Of a DNA stretch of 64,000 nt, positions 59,049-64,000 are shown in pieces (position 1 is the stretch's first letter; each line of letters opens with the position of its first letter). The position numbers were made by a program, and so were the translations under genes. The stretch spans positions 32,001-96,000 of the forward strand of contig CAWCLO010000004.1 of the NCBI GenBank assembly GCA_963796455.1, read 5' to 3'. The DNA comes from Candidatus Sulfomarinibacteraceae bacterium. Its GTDB lineage: Bacteria; Acidobacteriota; Thermoanaerobaculia; Thermoanaerobaculales; Sulfomarinibacteraceae. Under the pieces are notes generated by a model, which was given only the letters and a program-made list of their open reading frames with translations, ran no database searches and was not told the origin of the DNA.

Positions 59049-59055
59049 GGGCAGA

Positions 59056-59586
59056 TCAGTAATACGGGCGGTAGCCCAGATCCTCATCCTCGATCGCACC
59101 CTTCTGCTTGAGGTCATCGATGCCGACGATGGCTTCGGCGCGGGTGGTAAAGCTCATTTCGTGCTTGCGGCTCATGATCAGAGCCTGTTTGGGGCAGGCA
59201 TCAACGCAGAAGCCGCAGAAAACGCAACGGAGCAGGTCGATCTCGAACTCGAGGGGCCGTTTTTCCCACTCCACGGTCGCTTCGGGATCCTCTTCGGCAA
59301 CGATGGTGATGCAATCGGCCGGACAGGCCGTTTCGCACATATAACAGGCGACGCAGCGCAGCGATCCATCCTCCTTGGTGGTCAGGATGTGGCGGCCGCG
59401 TGTTCGTTCTGAATACTCTCTTCGTTCTTCGGGGTATTGGATGGTGGCCACATCCCGTTGGCCGAAGAGGTTGCGCAGGAAATGGCGGATGGTCACCGAC
59501 AAACCGCTGATGATCGGCCCCAGATAGAGCCATGCGGCCAGACTCTTGGCGGGGCGATCGACGTTGACAGTGGTGAGAGGTCTCAT
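59056..59586 (-). CDS. nuoI: NADH-quinone oxidoreductase subunit I
   Basis: TIQYPEE, RGRH, CVACYMCETACP, RCVFCGFCVDACP. Confidence 0.93.
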   Translation of the reverse strand: MRPLTTVNVDRPAKSLAAWLYLGPIISGLSVTIRHFLRNLFGQRDVATIQYPEERREYSERTRGRHILTTKEDGSLRCVACYMCETACPADCITIVAEEDPEATVEWEKRPLEFEIDLLRCVFCGFCVDACPKQALIMSRKHEMSFTTRAEAIVGIDDLKQKGAIEDEDLGYRPYY

Positions 59587-61286
59587 CGGTCGAGTTCCCC
59601 GGCGATGATGTTGAGGCTCGAGAGGATGGCGATGGCATCCGCGAAGAGGTGGCCTTCGAGGATGTGTGGATATGCCTGGAAGACGGCAAAGCACGGTGGT
59701 CGCACCTTGACGCGATACGGGTGGCCTGTTCCGTCGGAGACCAGGTAGTAGCCGAGCTCTCCATTGGCACCTTCGGTGGCGAAATAGGCGTCGCCCGCCG
59801 GGACCTTGATGCCCTCATAGATGAGCTTGAAGTGCCAGATCAACGACTCCATCTCTGAGTAGACCTTGGGTTTTGGCGGGAGGGACACGTGGTGGTTGTC
59901 GGTGATGACGGGTCCGCCGGGCAGGCGGGTGATTGCCTGTTCGATGATTTTCAGGCTCTGCCGCATCTCTTCGAGGCGGACGAGAAACCTGGCGTAGGCG
60001 TCACCCGTCGATGCGATCGGAATGTCGAAGTCGTAGTCTTCGTAACCGAGATATGGCCGGGCGCGGCGCAGATCATAAGGCACACCACATGCTCGGAGGC
60101 AGGGGCCGGTCCAGCCCCACCCGACGGCCTGTTCCGCCGTCAACGCTCCCACACCCTCGGTGCGATCGCGGAAAATGCGGTTTTTTGTAACCAGACGATC
60201 CACGTCGTCGATGAACTTCGGGATGGTGTCGAGCAGGACGCGGACGCGTTCTTCGAAATCGAGGGGCACATCAGACGCGAGGCCCCCGATCCGGGCGTAA
60301 GAAACCGTCAGCCGGCCGCCGGCGCAGGACTCGAGAAGGGAGTAGATCTCCTCGCGGGGCTGGAAAAAGTACCAGAAATTTGTGAGCGCGCCGAGATCGA
60401 CGAGGGTGGTCCCGAGGCACACCGCGTGGTCCATCAAACGCGAGAACTCGGAGAGAATCAGCCGCACGGCCTGCGCCCGCGGTGGTGCTTCGACTCCGAG
60501 CATCTGTTCCACCGCGAGGGCGAAGCCGACTCCGTTGATCATGCTCGAGCAGTAGTTGAGGCGATCGGTGTACGGAATGACCTCGTTCCATCCGTGGGTC
60601 TCGGACATCTTTTCGAAACACCGGTGGAGATATCCGATCTCCGCCTCCGCTCGTGTGATGACCTCGCCATCGAGCCGGAGGATCATCCTCAATGTGCCGT
60701 GGGTAGCCGGGTGGGCGGGGCCGAAATTGAGGACCTGGGTTTCAAATTGGTCCTCATTGCCGGCCTCGGTCGCCCAATCGGGAACCATGATCTCGTCTTC
60801 AGTCAGGATCCAGCGTTTTTCGGGGTCGTAGTCCTTGCGCAGAGGGTGGCCTTGAAATGCCTCGTGGGTGAGGATTCGGCGGAGATTCGGGTGGCCATCG
60901 AATCGCACACCCATCATGTCCCACGCCTCGCGCTCGAACCAGTCGGCAGCCTTCCAGATCTCGTAGGCTGTCGGCAGCCTCGGATCTTCCTCGTCGATCG
61001 GGACCTTGACCCGGAATCGGTTTTCCGACTCGATCCCGGTCAGGTGGTAGACGACCTCGAATCTCGGCTCCCGCTCCGGGTAGTCAACCGCACAGATGTC
61101 GAGCAGCAGATCGCAGCCGAATTCGCTCCTCTCCTTGAGGGTGCGCAGGACATCGATCAGCCGGCTTCGATCGACCGTGATCTCCGTCCAACCATCGCTC
61201 GCGATCTCGATCTCGAGATCACCACCTCTGGTGAGGAACTCTTCATGCGGAATCCGCGCGGCGGCTTCAGCCTTTGAGCTGGTCAT
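59583..61286 (-). CDS. nuoCD: fused NADH-quinone oxidoreductase subunit C/D
   Basis: [17 protein letters not shown] (C part); [31 protein letters not shown] (D part). Confidence 0.94.
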   Translation of the reverse strand: MTSSKAEAAARIPHEEFLTRGGDLEIEIASDGWTEITVDRSRLIDVLRTLKERSEFGCDLLLDICAVDYPEREPRFEVVYHLTGIESENRFRVKVPIDEEDPRLPTAYEIWKAADWFEREAWDMMGVRFDGHPNLRRILTHEAFQGHPLRKDYDPEKRWILTEDEIMVPDWATEAGNEDQFETQVLNFGPAHPATHGTLRMILRLDGEVITRAEAEIGYLHRCFEKMSETHGWNEVIPYTDRLNYCSSMINGVGFALAVEQMLGVEAPPRAQAVRLILSEFSRLMDHAVCLGTTLVDLGALTNFWYFFQPREEIYSLLESCAGGRLTVSYARIGGLASDVPLDFEERVRVLLDTIPKFIDDVDRLVTKNRIFRDRTEGVGALTAEQAVGWGWTGPCLRACGVPYDLRRARPYLGYEDYDFDIPIASTGDAYARFLVRLEEMRQSLKIIEQAITRLPGGPVITDNHHVSLPPKPKVYSEMESLIWHFKLIYEGIKVPAGDAYFATEGANGELGYYLVSDGTGHPYRVKVRPPCFAVFQAYPHILEGHLFADAIAILSSLNIIAGELDR

Positions 61287-61752
61287 ACTGCGTTTCTCCG
61301 CGTTGAATCAGATCCTGGAGTTGCATTACACCCTCGATCAACGCTTCCGGTGTCGGGGGGCAGCCGGGGACGTAGACATCCACCGGGATGAACTCGTCCA
61401 CACCCTGCACGACGTGGTACGCGCGGTAAAAGCCTCCGGTACAGGCGCAGGCGCCCATGGAGATCACGTACTTGGGCTCGGCCATCTGGTCGTAGATCCG
61501 TTTGACCACCGGCACCATCTTGTCGGTGATCGTGCCGGCGACGATCATCATGTCCGACTGGCGCGGCGAAAAGCGCACCACCTCGGCGCCGAACCTGGAG
61601 AGATCGTAGTGAGCCGAAACGGTGGACATGAACTCGATGGCGCAGCAGGCCGTGCCGAAGGGCAGGGGCCACAGACTGTTCTTCCGAGACCATGCAAGCA
61701 TGGATTCGAAGCGCGTCGTCAACAGCGTCGAGCTGCCGTCTGGTTGGCGCAT
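61267..61752 (-). CDS. nuoB: NADH-quinone oxidoreductase subunit B
   Basis: [27 protein letters not shown]. Confidence 0.95.
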   Translation of the reverse strand: MRQPDGSSTLLTTRFESMLAWSRKNSLWPLPFGTACCAIEFMSTVSAHYDLSRFGAEVVRFSPRQSDMMIVAGTITDKMVPVVKRIYDQMAEPKYVISMGACACTGGFYRAYHVVQGVDEFIPVDVYVPGCPPTPEALIEGVMQLQDLIQRGETQYDQLKG

Positions 61753-61982
61753 TCGTCCTCCCGGATTGAATTGGCGAATTATTTCGCCTGCGTATTATAC
61801 GTGTTCCGCGGCTCGCGTGAAGGCTTTCCTCGGACCGCGGAGACACCGGAAGGCATTGCGTCTTGAGACTTTGCGTGATAGCTTTTGAAGAGTAACGATT
61901 GGGTCGATTCGGGGTGCGAGACTCGGAATCGGAGGCCCGATCACAGGGTTTCGATCGAGGTTTTAGACCAAGGAGATTCTGG

Positions 61983-62270
61983 ATGGAGAAACGATTGTTC
62001 GTAGGAAATCTACCGTTCAGCGTCGGCGATGCTGAGCTGGAGACCGCATTTGCAGAATATGGCACCGTGGTCAGCGCGGTCGTGATCTGCGATCGTGAAA
62101 GCGGACGTTCGCGCGGCTTCGGCTTTGTCGAGATGGAGACCGAGGAAATGGCGGAGAACGCCAAACAGGCCCTCGACGGCTTCGAGATGGATGGGCGCAG
62201 GGTGCGAGTCAACGAGGCTCAATCAAAGAACGATCAGCAGCGTCGATCCAGCTTCGGAGAACGCTGGTAA
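61983..62270 (+). CDS. RRM RNA-binding protein
   Basis: LFVGNL (RNP2), RGFGFVEM (RNP1), RVNEA. Confidence 0.93.
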   Translation: MEKRLFVGNLPFSVGDAELETAFAEYGTVVSAVVICDRESGRSRGFGFVEMETEEMAENAKQALDGFEMDGRRVRVNEAQSKNDQQRRSSFGERW

Positions 62271-62292
62271 CCCCCAGACAATCGAAAAAATG

Positions 62293-62320
62293 AAAAAGCC
62301 CCGCGAAAGCGGGGCTTTTT
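62293..62320. terminator. bidirectional intrinsic terminator
   Basis: AAAAAGCCCCGC-GAAA-GCGGGGCTTTTT between convergent genes. Confidence 0.9.
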
Positions 62321-62406
62321 GGTGAGAGTTTTCAGTCATGCACCGTCAATGGGGATCCCACGGGGATCTTTTCCGTAACTCAAACCTCAAATCTGATCCG
62401 GCTTGA

Positions 62407-63114
62407 TCAGAATCGATACGCGATGCCGCCGCTGAGCTCATAGCCCGACAGATCGATGGTTCCAAAGCCCGAAAAGTCTTTGTTGAGTTCAGCGTCCGCA
62501 TAGCGGTAACGTCCCTCGAAGAAGAAGCTCCATTTGAAGCCGAGAGCGATGTCGACTCCGGCCAGCCCGAGCAATTCCCAGGTGGTTCCGTCGGCACGAT
62601 AGGAAGCAAACACGACCGGTAGATCGGGTGCACCGAAATCGATGAAGGACCCTTCTTCGCGCAATCGCCACCACAACAGACCGCCGCCGGCGCCGACATA
62701 GGGGCGCACACTGCCGCGGCCGATGCGGTAGATATAGACCGCGGTGAGGTCAGTCTCTTGAAGGGTTGTCAGGTGGCCGATGTCGCTGCCTTGAGCGTCC
62801 ACCCATTCCTCGTAGAATTGGGTGGCCTCACCCTCGAAAAAGCTGACTCCGAATGCGATGCCGCCCTGACGGGAAGTCATCCACAGATACTCGGCGCCAA
62901 AGATGAGGTCTTCGAATGATTTTGCCGACCCGGTGAAATCCTCGAATTTCGTGTCCCAGTACTCGGAGTTTGCCTGTGGTTGATAGATCCCGAGCCGGAA
63001 CCTGAGCGAGCCGAAATCTCCAGGAGCCCAGTTTCCCTGGGCCTCGGCGGTTCCGGTCCAAAACACCAACGCGGCCAGAGCGGTGATCAGAAGTTGCAGT
63101 CGTCGTTGTCGCAT
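62407..63114 (-). CDS. outer membrane beta-barrel protein
   Basis: Signal peptide, RPYVGAGGG, EGRY, terminal YRF. Confidence 0.85.
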   Translation of the reverse strand: MRQRRLQLLITALAALVFWTGTAEAQGNWAPGDFGSLRFRLGIYQPQANSEYWDTKFEDFTGSAKSFEDLIFGAEYLWMTSRQGGIAFGVSFFEGEATQFYEEWVDAQGSDIGHLTTLQETDLTAVYIYRIGRGSVRPYVGAGGGLLWWRLREEGSFIDFGAPDLPVVFASYRADGTTWELLGLAGVDIALGFKWSFFFEGRYRYADAELNKDFSGFGTIDLSGYELSGGIAYRF

Positions 63115-63293
63115 CGTTCCTCCCTCTGCCCGGTTTCTATTGTGACCGCCGGACTCGGCGATGGCTATAGCAACATTGGTGCCACCCGGATGGCGGCGAT
63201 ATGTGGCCCAATCGGGGGTGTCGGGTATCCCCTATAGCGACAAACTGACCTCTGGAGGGGACACTCAGCCTCCGTCGAAGCTCTGCCAGATAC

Positions 63294-63872
63294 TCGCTAT
63301 CGCTATCGCTATCGCTATCGCTATCGGGATTGGTATCGAAGAGCGAACACGCCGCGGTCCGTTTGATGATGGGAACATCGTGGCCCTTTGCCCCGCACCT
63401 GGTGATAAATTGCCGCGGGGATTCTGAGCTGGCTGAGTGGCTTCAAGTTGTCATCCTGAGCGAAGCGCCTTCGGCGTGAAGTCGAAGGATCTGCGGCCTG
63501 ATACTCTGTCGATTCATCTCATAGATCCTTCGACTACGCCCTGTGGGGCTCCGCTCAGGATGACATCGGGAGGCGGTATTCGCGAGCAGGAAATATCCGT
63601 GATCGACGGTTCTCCCTTTCGGGAAAGCGTACGAATCTCGAATGGGTTAGGAAGATGAACCAACGGTTGCCCATCGATAGCGATTCCGATAGCGATAGCG
63701 ATAGCGATCGTAACTCAGGCCCTCATCCAGGTGGTTGGGGAATCCATGATCCAGCATCGAGCGACGGGCTGCTCTCCCTCTCGCCCTTTCTCCCTTTCCC
63801 CCTTTCTACGATCCGCCCCTTAGGCAACGGGTTCGGGATCCAGCATCCAGGATCCAGCATCGAGCATCGAGC
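63294..63872. repeat. composite repeat island: (CGCTAT)n, cruciform 63449-63565, (GATAGC)n, (TTCTCCCT)n, (CAGCATC)n
   Basis: Seen directly; homologous to 20231-20745 and 58720-59048. Confidence 0.88.
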
Positions 63873-63944
63873 AAGAGAGCCCTTTCCCTTGATTTCCCGG
63901 AGCGTTAGCCGGAGACCCGGTTACGATAACCCCCGGAGGCATCC

Positions 63945-64000
63945 ATGATCGAACGCATCACCCACGGTGACATCCACGAGATTCGGCTCGCGCGACCGCC
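63945..64000 (+). CDS. start of a probable enoyl-CoA hydratase/isomerase (runs off window)
   Basis: GGAGG RBS; MIERITHGDIHEIRLARP resembles the crotonase N-terminus; only 18 codons visible. Confidence 0.5.
   Translation, partial: MIERITHGDIHEIRLARP

Noticed and set aside
59583..61286. Group 4 NiFe hydrogenase large subunit
   Set aside because: Lacks the N- and C-terminal CxxC nickel ligands; has NuoD quinone-site motifs and ends GELDR.

Overview
GC-rich bacterial chromosomal segment; gene content suggests an Acidobacteriota (Thermoanaerobaculia-like) organism (inference). It holds about 63 mostly housekeeping CDS: RlmD-like methyltransferase, aconitase, rnc, uvrC, queE/queD, a putative ceramide triad, tsaB/rimI, class I and II fumarases, MshEN proteins, pseudopilins, lemA-TPM, an A2-type caa3 oxidase operon, pepD, psd/pssA and nuoB-CD-I. 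I saw no rRNA, tRNA, CRISPR, transposase or reverse transcriptase. The most striking signal is intergenic. Three dispersed copies of a ~0.75-0.9 kb transposase-free element (10103-10963 -, 35786-36682 +, 42522-43258 +) each carry one 117-aa four-helix-bundle (Avd/23S-IVS-like) gene. The gene sits behind a nearly invariant ~140-nt nested hairpin that sequesters its RBS, and is flanked by complementary CAG-rich/CTG-rich 6-7-mer arrays and imperfect terminal inverted repeats (TIRs). A fourth, ORF-less copy carries a REP doublet. Other intergenic gaps hold empty pairs of inverted 7-mer arrays, a ~120-bp cruciform repeat family and 6-8-mer arrays whose copy number differs between homologous sites. 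All counts and alignments were done by eye and need computational confirmation.
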